DNA of 38,449 nt from Thelocarpon superellum (Eukaryota): contig JAPEUG010000137.1 of the NCBI GenBank assembly GCA_026025795.1, positions 1-38,449 on the forward strand, written 5' to 3'. Each line of letters starts with the position of its first letter. The first letter of the stretch is position 1. A program made the position numbers and the translations under genes. Under the pieces are notes generated by a model that saw only the letters and a program-made list of their open reading frames with translations, was not told the origin of the DNA and searched no databases. Positions 1 through 13,200 of this stretch are shown here, piece by piece.

Positions 1-3000
1 GAAGCTCCCCCATGCGCGTCCACCAGCTCCAGCACGCGTCGAAGCGTGGCCCCCGACTCGTCCAAGGCCATGAGGAAGCGCGCTAGTTCCTTGCAAAGAT
101 CCCAGTCTCGGTCGTCGCGGGCACGAGACAGGAGCCGGACAATCTGCGGTGAGCTGGAGCCCACTTCCTGAAAGGTGTGCAGCACCAGCAGGTATCCGCC
201 CGCCGTCTTGAGCAGCCCGCGTTGGAGGGATTCCTCGAACAGATCTTGCGGCGGCGGCAGGTAGGCGAACAGCGTCCGCCACGATCGGACTTCCGTCTTG
301 CGCGTGCATTGCACCACAATGTCCAGATAGTCGGGAAAGGACGAGAGAAACGACAGCACCTTGGGCAGCAGGGCCGTCTCGGGGCCCGGGGCGTGTTCGA
401 CCTCTTCGTCGAGCACGTCGTGGAGGAGCACTTCCAAAGCGTGCGAGAAGTAGAGGAGCGCTTGGTAGTGGTGTGCCAGGTGCAGCGCCGTCGACTGGTC
501 GAACTGCGCGAGGTGGTGGCGGAAGATGGAGGGAAGGAAGAGGTGGGTCTGGACCGGTCAGTCCGGAACGCATGAGCCGCCAGCAAGGAACACCCACCCG
601 CAAGGCCAGACGGAAGAAGGCAAAGGTGATGTCGCGTCGCTGCATCAACTCCGCCTCCACGCCCAGGATGACGCCCTTGTCCAACAAGGTGGAGAGGGGA
701 TAAAAGTCCAGGGGAATGACAATGGACGGCGGCAGCTCGCGCGTCACCCCACCCGGCGCCGGCCGCGTAATGTCCTGGACGTCGGTCCAGACGCGCATCC
801 CCGTGCCATCAAACAGCCAGAGCGAGTCCGACAAGGCTGGCCCAGGCCCGTCGCCCGCCCCGGCCGCGGCCACAGCCCCGTGGGGCGCGTCGTCCGCCGG
901 CGGATGAAAGAGCGACTGCTCCCGCATCGCCACGTAGTACTCGACCTTCTGCGCCAACACGCGCATGTCATACCGCAGTTCGCCCTGGTCTGTCGTCGAC
1001 GGCTGGAGCAAGACCAATTTTCCATCGACCAGGAAAAAGACCGACGCCACCGCCACGTCCTGCGAGGGGTCGCCATTCACTATCGCAGCCGTCAGCCGTC
1101 AGCCGTCAGCCGCCACGCCCACGCGCCCCCGATCTTGCACTCACCGAGTTGTTGGTCGGGCAAGATCCAACTCATCGCCCGCACTCGCGCCGGCGCCCGG
1201 ACGATGCCGTGAAAGCCAATCTGACCCACCGCGACCAACTTGACCGCGTCACGCGTCGCCGTGATGACGTAGTGGTACAGCACGTTCTCGTACGTGTACA
1301 CCAGGAGGGAGTCGTCGCCCGACGGCGCCAGGTGCACCACGGGCGACGACAGGGGCTCGACGTGCAGCACGAACCCCCGGTCCAACGTCAGTTCGCGCGA
1401 GTAAAGGCGCAGCTCGGCCTCGTCGCCCGCCTCCACCGCCGCCACGAGGATGTGTCGATGCCAGCACATGCCGCCCCGGATCGTAAATTCATTCTCCTGC
1501 CGCGCATCCTCGAAGCCCTTCCAGCGGCCGCTGTGAAGGCTGTAATGCGCCAAGCCTCGTCGCCCCGCCACGGCCACGTACCGGCCATCGGCCGAGATGA
1601 CGGCGCTCTTCAGCGGCCATTGGTGCACGAGATAGCGGTGCGGAATCTGCACGTGGTGCCAGAGCGCCGCATCGGCCGAGATGGTGGTGAGGTCGGAGAG
1701 CCCGTGGCCGCGGTACACCATGAAGGCGTCATTGGTGTGGAGCAGGGACCGCGCGATGTTGGCCGTCGCGTAGCAGCTGGTGACGGCGCTGCGGGCCAGC
1801 TCCAGCACCCACAGCCGCTCGTCGTTGCTCCCGGCCAAGAGGAGATCGCATCCGCCCGCCAGCCAACTGCCGCATCGCACGCCCTCCAACCAGCCCTCGT
1901 CGTGGCGCCGCGAGAGGGCGCCATCGGCGTGGAAGCTGCTGCCCTGCACCTGCCCGTACACGCTCCACATGATCCATCCTCGCTCGAAGCCGGCGAAGAG
2001 GCAGTACCCGTCCGGCGCGTAACTGAGCCACGTGATGCGGCCCGCCGTCGCGGCTGACACGCTCAGCCGATGGTGATGCGACACCGGGATGTTGCCGACG
2101 TAGTCCCGCGCCGAGTAGACCTGGATGTGTCCGTTGGCACACGCGACGGCGATCAGCGAGAACTTGGCGTTGATGGCCGCCTTGACGGCGTGGGTCTCCA
2201 CGGCGTCCGGGGTGTGGAAACAGTATCCCCGAAAGAGCTTCTTGGACGCCTCGGCCTCCGCACCCGCCGCCGGGCTGCCCAGGCGTTGCACCGCGTAGGC
2301 CTTGCCGTCGCGAGTGACCCAGGCCGAGAGATTCATCGGCCGGTCGTGCACCATGTCCCGCACGTTCGTCCGCTTCGACAGCCAGCCCATGCGATTGAGC
2401 AGCTCCGTGCTGGTCTGGTTTCCCGTCTGGTCGGGCGTCCAGCGGATGCACTGTACCGCCGCCGGCTTCTCCGTCGCCACCACGAGCTCGTCGTCGAGGG
2501 CCAGTGCCTGGCTGACGCCGGCATCCAGCCGGATGACCATGCGGAAGCGTACGCTAACCTCGCGCACCCCACCACCCTCACCAGGACCGCCAAGATTCCG
2601 CTCGACGCCGTGGGGACCACGCAGACGGCCCGCGCTGTTGTGCCGTGCATGGCCTTGGCCACCTTCGGGGAAACGTGTGTTGTAGACGCGCGCCTGCGGG
2701 TCGGCCGCGAGGGAGTAGGTGATGAGATATCCCAGTGACGCTTGCACGACGAAGATGGCCGAGTCGGGCCGGAGCAAAAGCGCGACATTGGGGCCGTAGG
2801 TAGCAAGAGAGAGCGAAGAGCGGACGACGGTGGCCAACACCGCCCGGGGCTGCGTCGACGGTCAGCACGCTCACGATCCGGCGATGGAGGAGGCCCTACC
2901 CGTGTCTGCCAGATGGTCAAGCTCGAGGCCGTGATGGTGGCAAAGAGATGTCCACTTCGTGACACGCACAGTCCGATGATAGCCCCATCCTTGATCGTCG

Positions 3001-3325
3001 TCGACGTGCCCGACGACGAGGGGCGCGAGGCTGGCTCGTCCGTGGCTGGCTCGTCCGTGGCTGGCTCGTCCGTGGCTGGCTCGTCCGTGGCTGTGCCATC
3101 ATCCCGCTCCCGCGCCCCTTCACCCTCACGCGCCGAGGCGTCGGGCGCTGGGGGGCCATGGGTCGAGGGCACCACCACCTCCGACGTCAAGTCGAGATCA
3201 CGCGTCTGCTGCGCGAGCAGTGACGCGCGGGAGCCGGCGTCATCGTCCGAGTCGAGGACGTGGTCGGGCGAGGGCGCGGGATTGGTGGCAGCGTAGATGC
3301 GCGGTGCTCCGATGGGCCAGTACAT
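1..3325 (-). CDS. RIC1: RIC1-family protein (Ric1-Rgp1 GEF subunit for Ypt6/Rab6); C-terminus runs off the window. Introns 2850-2899, 1080-1144, 549-597
   Basis: The N-terminus [11 protein letters not shown] is characteristic of the family, followed by a beta-propeller-like region ([14 protein letters not shown]). After splicing, the RIC1 domain reads THLFLP...[17 protein letters not shown]...[21 protein letters not shown]...[16 protein letters not shown]. Three GT-AG introns with CTGAC branch sites restore the frame. Confidence 0.93.
3029..3093. repeat. 15-bp coding tandem repeat (GGCTGGCTCGTCCGT x4.3) encoding (TDEPA)4 in the RIC1 N-terminal linker
   Basis: Perfect repeat read directly from the sequence. 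Confidence 0.95.
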
Positions 3326-3872
3326 GGCGCTGGCCCCAGCTCACGCTGGACGACCGGGACGGGAGCTGACCCAGGCGGATCAGTGACGGTGCGTCCGGTC
3401 CCTCGTGCGACACCATTGATGCCGCATCTGCCCTCGAACATCTGCCTCGGGAGGTATGCGGACGAGCGAGGGTACAGGTTGCAGGCTGGATGAGGTCGAC
3501 CTCGCTTCATCGGCCGCACTTGATAGCCATGCGTCCCTATCCACGCCGAACGACAGGGAGTCATCCGTACGCCAACGGAGCCGTCCGCAATCGTTGGCGG
3601 TCAAGCCATCGAGATCCATCGTAGGGGCCTACCGTCCTCCATGGGGACCTCCCAGGACCTAGGTCACTCTCTACGTCATCATGATTCCAGTACCGCCTGG
3701 AGAGCCCCCGCGGAGGAAGCCGTCACGTCCTTGAATCCCCTCGTCTCTAGCACACATCATCATGGTACTTCATTCGATCGAACAATTCCTTTATGGTTTC
3801 TATCCCGATCTCTGCCTATCCTCCGTCACTCGACGGTGGTGGGACGGCTAGGGCGCCCGCTGGCCCGCCCGG

Positions 3873-5431
3873 TCAGACCCCGTGCTTCTCGAGGAGCCCT
3901 CGCAGCACGCCATGGTCCGCGAGCATTGTCAGCCACTCCCGGACCATGGGCGTGTAGTCATGACGCCGGGCGTTCGCCCGGTCGTCGTCGGCCTGCTGAC
4001 TGGCCATCTCCTCCCGGATCTGGGAGGCGAGGGCCGGCAGGTACTTGGCCTGGTCAGTGGCCACGCGCCGAAGCTCCGCCGCGTCCTTTCGCTCGGCCGC
4101 CGCCATCGCCTCCTCCACCCCCTTCGCCTCGGCCTCGGCGATGTCGGCCTCGGTGAGGCCACAGATGGCACCGCCTTGCTCGTCGGCCAAGCCGAGCGCG
4201 GTGAGGCCTGGGCCGGGGGCCACCTCCTCCGGGTTCAGGTGCCCGAGCAGACCGCGCACCACCCGATGGATCCGGAGGGTCTCGGCCATCTCCTGGCGCA
4301 AGGCCACAATGGGGTCCTGAACGACGGCAAAGAGGCTGAACTGGATGTCCTGCTCGCGCTTGCGGGGCTGGTCCATCATCTCGCGGATGACGGGACAGGC
4401 CACCTTGAGCCAGTCGTCTCCCTCGAACGAACCTGCCACGCCCGTCAGTGATGGCATCTCCCTCACCGGCATCGGCCACCTACCCAGGCGACGGGGTTGA
4501 CGAGCCAGTCCATCCAGCTGCCACACGACTCCCCCGATGGGCACGAAGGCGATGAAGTGGAAGCCCGCCTCATCGTCATTCGCCGCTCCCCCACGGGACT
4601 TTTTCTTGCTGGCCATGGCCTCGTTCTTGAGCGCCAGGTCACCGTTGAGCATATCCATCTTCCTGTATCCTCATGTCAGCGGCAGATGAGGAAGGGCGAT
4701 GCACGCGACACCAACCGAGCGAAAGAGTTGTGGACGCTCTTGAGGAAGTCAAAGTTGCCGACCTGATCGCCACGGAGGGCGGGGGGGAAGTCGCGCGTGA
4801 AGTTCTTGAACTGCGTCAGATGTTCTCCCAGCTTGGCGCCCGGGATGTTGTTGACGATGTTGAGCAAGGCCACACTGGCACAGGCGTTGGACGAGGTCTA
4901 TGCAGGATCAGATGAGATTGTGAGAACGACCGGTCATGGACACAACTTACCTGGTTGGCGAACCACACGGCGTCAGGGCACGACAGCTCTTGCTTGTCGG
5001 CGTCTTCTTCCTTCCAAGGGAACAGGAAGACCAGACCATGCACCGGTTTTCTATGTTTTGTCCCGTCGTTAGATCTCACTTGTCACATCCCAGACGGATG
5101 AGGGACCTACGGCATCATAGCCAGCGGCTCCTCATCCATCCCGTAGACTTCGAGCACCTTGAGGCCCTCGACGCCCAGGGTGCGAAGCATCACGTTGAAG
5201 AAGGCCTAAGTGTCGTGAGTGGTGAGATGCGCGATCGGATCTCGCCGTGACGCCATTACTCACCGGTTCGGACTCAATCTCACAGAAGCCCTTCCAAGTC
5301 TTCTGATCCTCGCGAGTGGCCGGAGCCAGGGGCACGTCGCCAAAGACCGTTGGTGCGTGGGGGGCGGCAGCGGCGTTCAACGCCGAGCCTTTGCCATCGT
5401 CGACACGTCTACGTTTGGACCGTCCCACCAT
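3873..5431 (-). CDS. Ubiquitin C-terminal hydrolase, peptidase C12 (UCH37/UCHL5-like). Introns 5206-5263, 5051-5110, 4898-4950, 4663-4715, 4433-4483
   Basis: The spliced product has EIESEPAFF, PVHGLVFLF, FANQTSSNAC (oxyanion Gln and catalytic Cys), FHFIAFVP (His) and LDGL (Asp), plus a C-terminal RRHDYTP motif typical of UCH37-like tails. Confidence 0.92.
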
Positions 5432-5489
5432 GGTGCTAGTGATGGATCTCCGATGCGATAAGAAGATTCAGCGACCGTGGAGCACGATC

Positions 5490-5521
5490 AGGTCCTTCAA
5501 AGGTCCTTCAAAGGTCCTTCA
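5490..5521. repeat. 11-bp tandem repeat (AGGTCCTTCAA x~3) just upstream of the UCH gene
   Basis: Read directly from the sequence. Confidence 0.85.
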
Positions 5522-6133
5522 GCGTTCGACTGACAGAGACCAGAGCGCGACCGACGGAGGCGAACAAAAGGTCAAGGAACGCAATCAAACGCAGTCATCA
5601 TGAGAGATGACAGGAAGATGAAGAGAGATCGAGCAGGGGCAACTGCCGGCATCACAACAGCGCCCGGCAGGCCCGCGTCGCGTGTGGGGCCTGACGGTGA
5701 ATAACAGTTCCCCCGCCATCCTCCACTGGCCATCTCACAGCTTCGTTGGTGGACGCGACGGCGTGTTGAGGTCGGGGGGCTTGCCGTAGAGTCATCACGT
5801 GGGATACGGCGCACGAGGGGCGAACGTCACGCTGTTGGTCGTGAGGACCTTAACATCAGAAGTTGTGACTCGGTCGCGTCGTCCAGCGTCAATAGGATCG
5901 TGTCCACACAGCTCCAGTGTCTTCAACTCGTGCCCATTCACAGTGTAAGAGATCTCTAACGCTCCTGAAGCTAGGGCCTACCATTGCAGAGACTTATTCG
6001 TTTGATAGGCATGTGCAGGCTCTTGCTCAACCGGCGGTCCACGGCCTCTCCATTGCCACGAGCTGCTTTGTCTCGATGGGATCAATGAACCATGGCAGGT
6101 CATGACACGTCGGCACGGTAAAGGCACCGTGAA

Positions 6134-6172
6134 GTGCTTGTGCTCGTGCTCGTGCCCGTGCCCGTGCTCGTG
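6134..6172. repeat. (GTGCYY)6 hexamer microsatellite immediately upstream of the POM152 ATG
   Basis: Read directly from the sequence. Confidence 0.85.
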
Positions 6173-6183
6173 GGACCGTCAAC

Positions 6184-9100
6184 ATGGCATCCAAACCGCC
6201 GAAAAAGACGTCGGCACCGGCAGCGGCGGTCGAACCGGCTCTCGCGGAGAACCCAGGGCCCGTCATCCCCTTCGATATCATCGACGCGCCGACCCAGCGA
6301 TTCTACGCCCTGGCAGTCTATGTGGCGCTGAATGCATGGAGGTTATGGGACTACTCCAAGCTGACCCAGGACGACGCGGATTCGTTATGGCTCTTCCTGA
6401 AGTGGGCGCTGATCGATGCGAGTTTCATCTACGGCCTGCCGGAGATGCGCATCCCCTGGCTGGAATGGTCCAACGCGACGACGACCTTGTTCTTTCTGGT
6501 CCACGCGCTGCTCGACGGATTGATGATGTTTCGTATCCCCATCCCGCTCGATGCCTGGTTGATCGCCTTGACCAAGGTCCTGTACGACCGCGAGCTGTCC
6601 ATCTCGGAACGGCGGGTCAAGCCGGCCGACATCCTGCACAACGCCTCGCTCATCTTGGGCAAACAGACCATCCACATCCTGCCCGAAGGCTCGGCCATGC
6701 TCAACCCGCACCATCACAGCTTCTGCCTCGACGACGCCACGACCACCGCCACCCTGCCCATCCGCATCAACCAGACCACGCCGATCCTGATCGAGCTGCT
6801 GCGCGTCGATCTCGACTCGAACAAGAATGAGACCATCACGGTCGGCTCCAAGCAGGTCCGTGCCCTGCACAAGCAGGCCCAGCGCGGACACCATGACGAC
6901 GTCGCCGCGCCCCGCATGCTCCAGGTGCCCGTAACGCGGACGGGGCTGTATCGGCTACAGCGCGTCGTGGATGAGTCGAACCTGGAGGTCCAACGGCGCG
7001 CCTCCGATACCCTGGTCGTCCGCTGTCCCCATGCCTCGGTCAAGGCGGTGGCCTCAGACAAGTGCCGCGGCGAACTGTCCAATTTCGTGCTGGAGGTGCA
7101 CGGCACGCCGCCGCTCAAAATCAAGTACAGTCGCAGCATCAATCAGGAAGACCGAGGCTTCTCCTTTCAAAGCATCCAGCCGGAAAACCTCGTGTCGCCC
7201 TTGATCCGACACGCCGACAGTGAAGCGCTCACCACCGCCGGCGCCGTCGATGCTTCGTGGGCGCGGTCCGAGCGCATCGAGGTCCCGCTAAACGAGTCAT
7301 TGAACACGGCGGGGCGTTGGTTCTACTCGATCGAGGAGGTGCACGACGCCTGTGGCAACGTGGCCAACTACTCGGCGCAACGCGAACGCGAGGACGGCGA
7401 CTATCCGAGGCCGGCGACGGCGCCGCTCGAGCAGACGCTCATCGTGCACGAACGGCCCAAGGTCAGCCTCGACGTGCAATTGTCACAGTGTGCCCTCCAA
7501 GTCGCCCGTGGTCGCCCCACCACTTTTCCCATTCGTATCGAGTCGGCGGGGTACGACGAGGCCGACGCACCCTACGCACTTTCCTATCTCTTCACCCCCG
7601 TGGAGAGGCTGCGGCCCAACGGCGAACACGCCGAGGACGCCAGCGTCGAGCCCGTGACGCTCAAAAGGCCACGCACACAGCCCACGATCAAGTCTCCCGG
7701 GCTGTATACCCTGAGGAGCATCGCCAGCCGCTTCTGTGATGGAGAGATACTCGAGCCGGCGACCTGTCTGCTGTCAAATCCACCCGAGCCCGATCTCTCC
7801 ATCGCGGCGGAGCCCATCGCGGATAAATGTGCGGGCAATTCCATCGGGCTCCGTGTCGACCTTGCGCTGACGGGAACGCCGCCGTTCCTCGTGAATTACG
7901 ATGTCGAGCACCGCGACCGAGGAAGGGCTGAGGCGCGATCGGTCCGCGTGGACGGTCTCCGACACCAGCTCGAATTCCGGCCGCAAGACGCCGGCCATCA
8001 CACGTACACCTTCAAATCCATCCAGGATGCCGTGTACGACTCGCTCTCACTCACGTCGAAAAGTCTCGTGCTCCAACAAGACGTCAAGCCACCGGCGTCT
8101 GCCCACTTTACCAGTCCAAGTCCACGCTCGGCGGCCTGCATTGAAGAGCCGGCGTCGTTCGCGGTCACGATGCAGGGCGAGGGACCGTGGGATCTCGAGT
8201 ACGAGATTGTGCACGGGGGCCGACGGACCAAGCGCAAGGTCGAGGCCATCGCCCAGGGACAGTACACCATCCAAACGGACCGGCTCAGCAAGGGGGGAGA
8301 GTACGTGATCGCGCTCGTCAGTGTGCAAGACCGGTCCGGGTGCCGCGTCTTTCTCAAGGACGAGGCAATGGTGGAGGTGCGACAGCAACGACCAAAGGCG
8401 TCCTTTGGTCAGCTCGAAGGCAGACGAAGCCTCTTAACGCTCGAGGGCAAGCAGGTGGCGCTGCCCGTGCGATTGACGGGACAAGCGCCATGGACGGTGC
8501 GCTATCGCAATGCGAACGACACGACAGGCGCGATGCACGAATCACGCGTGAGCAATAAGAATGATGTGCTGCACGTGAGCGGCGCAGGAGTCTACGAGCT
8601 CGTCGACGTCCACGACCAGACCTGTCCGGGTACGGTGGAGGCAGCGACAGGGACCTTCGAGGTGCAGTGGATCGAACGGCCGTCGATCGAGCTGCCAGCG
8701 ACATCCATGGCCGAGCGGGTCGGCCATGCCTTTGTCAAGCAGGAAGTGTGCGAGGGCGATGAGGATACGGTGGAAGTCAGCCTGACGGGGACGCCACCAT
8801 ATCACGTCACCTACGAGCAGCGGGTGCAGGCCGAGCGCGGCCCGATGTCGTTGAGCCGTAAGACCTTCACCGCCGGACTGGCTGTGGCTTCCATCCAGAT
8901 GGAGACGTCGCAGGCTGGGCAGGTGGAGTACCGATTCGCGGAGTTGGGCGACTATCTCTACGACCACGACCCCGCCAAGCACCAGCCCCTCCTCATCCAG
9001 CAACGCGTGAACCCGCGGCCGAGCGCGCGATTCGTCACACCGGGCAAGACATACAAGTACTGTAAAGAGGAAGCCGGGGGCGGCGACTCCGTGATACCCA

Positions 9101-10067
9101 TCCGACTCGACGGCGCGCCCCCATTCGACCTCGAGATCGGCATTAAGCACCAGAGCAGCGCGCGACCGGAGGTGATCCGGGTGCCGAGCATCAACGGGCA
9201 CGAATACGACGTGCGGATCCCGCATCGGGTGCTCGCGCTGGGCAACCACGCGGTCAGCGTGCGATCGGTCCGCGATGCCCGCGGGTGCCAGCGGAAGACG
9301 GAATACGAGGCGCCGCACGTGCAGGTGGTGGTGGCGGACGTGCCGGTGATTTCGGCGCTGGAGAGCCGGCGCGACTTCTGCGTGGGCGAGCGCCTCTCCT
9401 TTACCCTGTCTGGCACGCCACCATTCAACGTCTTCTACACCTTCGAAGGCGTCGAGCGCCGCGCCACCTCCACCGGAACGACGTTCCGGCGGATCGCGGA
9501 GAAACCGGGCAACTTCACCATCACGGCCATCACGGACGGGGCGGGCGACTGTCGAGCGCGACTAGCGCTGACGAAGATGATTCATCCCATGCCCAGCGTG
9601 AAGATCAGCCAGGGCCGCGACACAGTGGTGGACATTCACGAAGGAGGGGAAGCCGAGCTATTATTTGAATTCGGGGGGACGCCGCCATTTGAGTTCACGT
9701 GGGTTACCTGCCCCCCTCCCCCCCCCCCTCCTTTGCCCCCCTCTCCTTGCCCTCCTTCGCCTTTGGAAGCTGACGAGATGACGACGAGAGAAACAGATAC
9801 ACACGCAGCGCCATCCCACCACGACGCAATCAACAGGACAGCGGCGGTGGAAGTGGAAGCGGAAGCGGGAACAGCAGAGGCACGAGCGCGGTGCAAGAAA
9901 CACGACACGACGTGTCCTACGCCTACCGCAAAACACTAGCCGCCAGCCAGGAGGGCACGTACGAGGTCGTGGCGGTGAAAGACGCATACTGTGCTTTTTC
10001 GAGAAACGCGCCCGCGTCTGCTGCGGCCGAGAGGGGGAGTGAGCGGCAACGGAAGTTGGAGGGGTGA
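6184..10067 (+). CDS. POM152: Transmembrane nucleoporin Pom152; single intron 9699-9796
   Basis: N-terminal IDAPTQRFY and LPEMRIPWL segments with hydrophobic helices, then [14 protein letters not shown] and repeated Ig-like units with GTPP(F/L/Y) and paired Cys. Splicing gives PPFEFT|YTRS...[14 protein letters not shown], with TGA at 10065-10067. Confidence 0.94.
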
Positions 10068-10201
10068 ATCAACCGTCTTGAGTGTGAGTCGAGTGTACCG
10101 GACTGGAATTGTCATCTGCATGGTGGATGTACTTTGTACAGTCTTGTTTTCTGTCTATCTAGCGTGAGCGTGAAGCGGTAGCGTGGATGGACTGATGGAA
10201 A

Positions 10202-13200
10202 TTAAAAGGAAGCCTGAGAAGACCCCGACCCCGACCCCGACCCCGATCCCTTCAAAACTTCAATCCGCGCGATCAAGTCCCCTCCTATCCTCGCAATCTC
10301 ATTCAGAGTCGCGGGTTGATTCATCACCATCCCCACCTCCCTCCCATGCTCTCCCCTTCCGTCTCTTCCCTCCTCTGCTTGCCTCTCTCTCTCCGCTTCC
10401 CCCCCATCCTCTCCCTCTCTCGAGTGGTGTTGTTGGCCATGCGCAGAAGAGAGGAAAACAGGCTCTGAATTCCATCCCAGATTGACCTTCCACGCCCGCG
10501 GAGCTCGAGTCGTCGTTGGCGCGTATTGCGGGTTCCATAGCCCTGCTATCACGGCCTCCCTCCTCCTTCCTTCCTGGCTTTGGCTGCAGTACGCGTCGTG
10601 GAAGAAGAGGATCGTGTCCCCGTATAGTCCCTGCTCCTCATCATCAGTATGGGTATGCTCGACGGGATGGAGGGCAGAGGAAGGGGGAAAAGAGCGGATA
10701 CCTCTAGCTCGGTCAGGAAGAGGTCGATCGGGTCGAATCCTATCATCTCGGGGTCTGGTCGTGCTTGTTGCAGATTCTTGAACTGGCGCGCGGACGTGGA
10801 CTTGGAGCGGCTGGCTTGGTCGGTGAAGGCAGGCGAGAGATGGATCACAAAGTCATAATCGGTCATCGTTGGGTCGAAGAGCGTACGGGGCACCAGATCC
10901 GTCTGTGCCTCCTTGACGTACGCACACGCCGCTCGTGCCAAGGAGGTCAGGCGTGTGGCAATGACCTTGGACGGCCGAGGCTGAGTCCATGTCACCCCGT
11001 CGGGGTCGAGGTCCGACGCGGCAAAGACAACGGTCCGTTGCATGCTTGGGTCGATCTTGCGCCAGCCGTCGAACCGAAGCCGGATGCTCTGTGCCGTCTG
11101 CGCGGTCAGCTCGCCGCCGAGATTCACCATCAGTGGCTCCATGCGCCAGTCCCATCGGGCCACGAACTGCAACGTGCGAAGAAAGCCCGTCATGATGCTA
11201 GATGGCGCGCACCAGGGGTACGGCTGGAGAAAGGTGTGAGCCACCAGGAGCTCGAGGAATTCGTCCGACAGATGCCGCGAGAGGAGGTGTGCCCCTGCCC
11301 ATTGCTTCATCAGACGCATCGTGGGCGAGAGGAAGGGATGGCGTGTGCAGAGCATTCCGATGGCTTGCGTGTGCTGGATTGACTGGACAAATTCCCGTTT
11401 GTACCGCGCTAATCCGCTCACCGCTTCCTCACGTCGTCGTGCCTCAAGTGTCTTGTTGCGCATGTCCTTCTCGAGAAGGACCTGTTCCCGCTCATGGTGG
11501 ATCCGCAGTCGGAATGCGGCACCGCTGGGCAAGATCATGTCCAAGAAGGCAGCATTCATGAGAGGCTGCTGCTCATTCTCCAACCCCACACGCGCCGAAC
11601 AGTCCTCGATCGCCTCTTCCAGTAGATCGCCCGCCTTCAGGAGGAAGGCAATCTTGGTGCGCTGGATGGCGACGAGATCATCTGGCCAACGTCCGGATCC
11701 TTCGAATTGGAGTATCACGCTGCTCGGGGCTTGACGAGAGGTGAAGCCCGGGTAGAAAACCGACGCATACCGGAGAGTCGCATCGGCCTTGGAGATTTGA
11801 CGTAGTTGCAGAGGAAGTCCTTCCAGGGCTCGGATCGCCCGCTCCAGCCCTTCGAACTCGGTCATCGTGGCCTGAAATGGCGCCAACGGCTTGGCACCGC
11901 TGACCACCTCTCCCGCAAGGAGATGGTCAAAGGCAGGGCCACAGAATTGCAGTGTCTGTTCCACGGCCGGGCCAACATGCCGACCCACAATGGAACGTAT
12001 CACCTGCTCAAAGACCGGTCTGGACGCGTCGCTGTCGGACCAGACGAGGCTCTCGACGATGCTGCCGTCCTTGAAACGTCGCAGCTCAGCCTTCTCACCC
12101 CAAAAGGACTGGAAGGATGCGGCTGCCTCTTTGTCTTCCGCCGGCGGACCATGGTCCACCAACCGGGAGGCATTGACCGGATGCACCATGAAGCCGATGA
12201 TGAGGTCGACACGAGATTCCGATGAGGCTGATTGAATCGACCACGGAACACTTTCTCTCCGACCAAGATGCACCAACTCAACACGATCACCCAGTCCCGT
12301 CGTCAGGGCCCAGTGGATATCCTTGCACATCGTGACCGCACGGACTTCATGGTCAAGGGCGGAGGATTCAGGCTTCGGAACAGTAGGAACGGTAAGCCTA
12401 TCCTTTCCGTCAGCGTGATCCATGACGACTGCGACGAGACGTACCTGGTCACGCAATCAAACTTTTGGAGCGGCTCATGTTCCTTGACGAGAAAGGCCGC
12501 GTCGAAAGGATCCTCCACTGCATCACCGAGCATCTTCAATGACACTTTGGCTTCATGACGAAGCTAGGCGAGTTAGTCCTGATTCAGGAGCCCGAATCTC
12601 TCTTCACCCACCATATCGTAAGACCATCGACTCATGCGGAAGAGGATGTTCATGCCCCGAGGCCCATCATAGACCTGCGGCAATGCCGTCGACGGCACGC
12701 TGTGGTCACCTCCCTGGAAGACCAGCGGCTCTCGTGTGAGGTCGCGGGTGGCGATCAATTGGAGCGTAGCCTTGAACAGCTGATAGCTACTGTAGCCCGG
12801 GGAGAGCACCGCTCGACCGTGGCGACCCCCTCCTCGCAGGAGGAGGGCCATCAGCGTCGCCCACTCAAAGTGACCAAACCCCCCACCGGTCATGGTCGAG
12901 GTCAAGCCACGTTGCCGAAGCCACACGCGACCCAGGAGGCAGGCATCTGCGTACGAGGCACAGTGCGATGCGGTGCTGTGAAGGAATTTCAGATAGGCAA
13001 TCGCGGCGCCGTCGAGGCGGAGGGAGGCGTTGTAAAACGGGGTGGGTTGGAGCGAGGAGGGGTCGGTGGATGGAGGGCCAGCCGGGCGGACACAATTGCA
13101 CCACGGCGCCGTCTTACTCGGGGCGAACACGCCGTCGCGCACGATGGGCAGGACGCGGATCTTCACCTTGGCATTCTCTACGGGGGCCAGGACGAGCACG

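Noticed and set aside
4944..4956. ACTTACCTGG resembling the U1 snRNA 5' end
   Set aside because: It is simply the reverse complement of a UCH intron donor (CAG|GTAAGT).
5917..6130. Protein-like minus-strand fragment (DLPWFIDPIETKQLVAMERPW) upstream of POM152
   Set aside because: Short, interrupted by stops and with no recognisable family, so a pseudogene call is not supportable without a search.
10631..10701. UTP22 last intron donor GTATCC resembles a U12-type donor
   Set aside because: It continues GC rather than TT, the branch is U2-like (ACTGAT), and Pezizomycotina are considered to lack the minor spliceosome.
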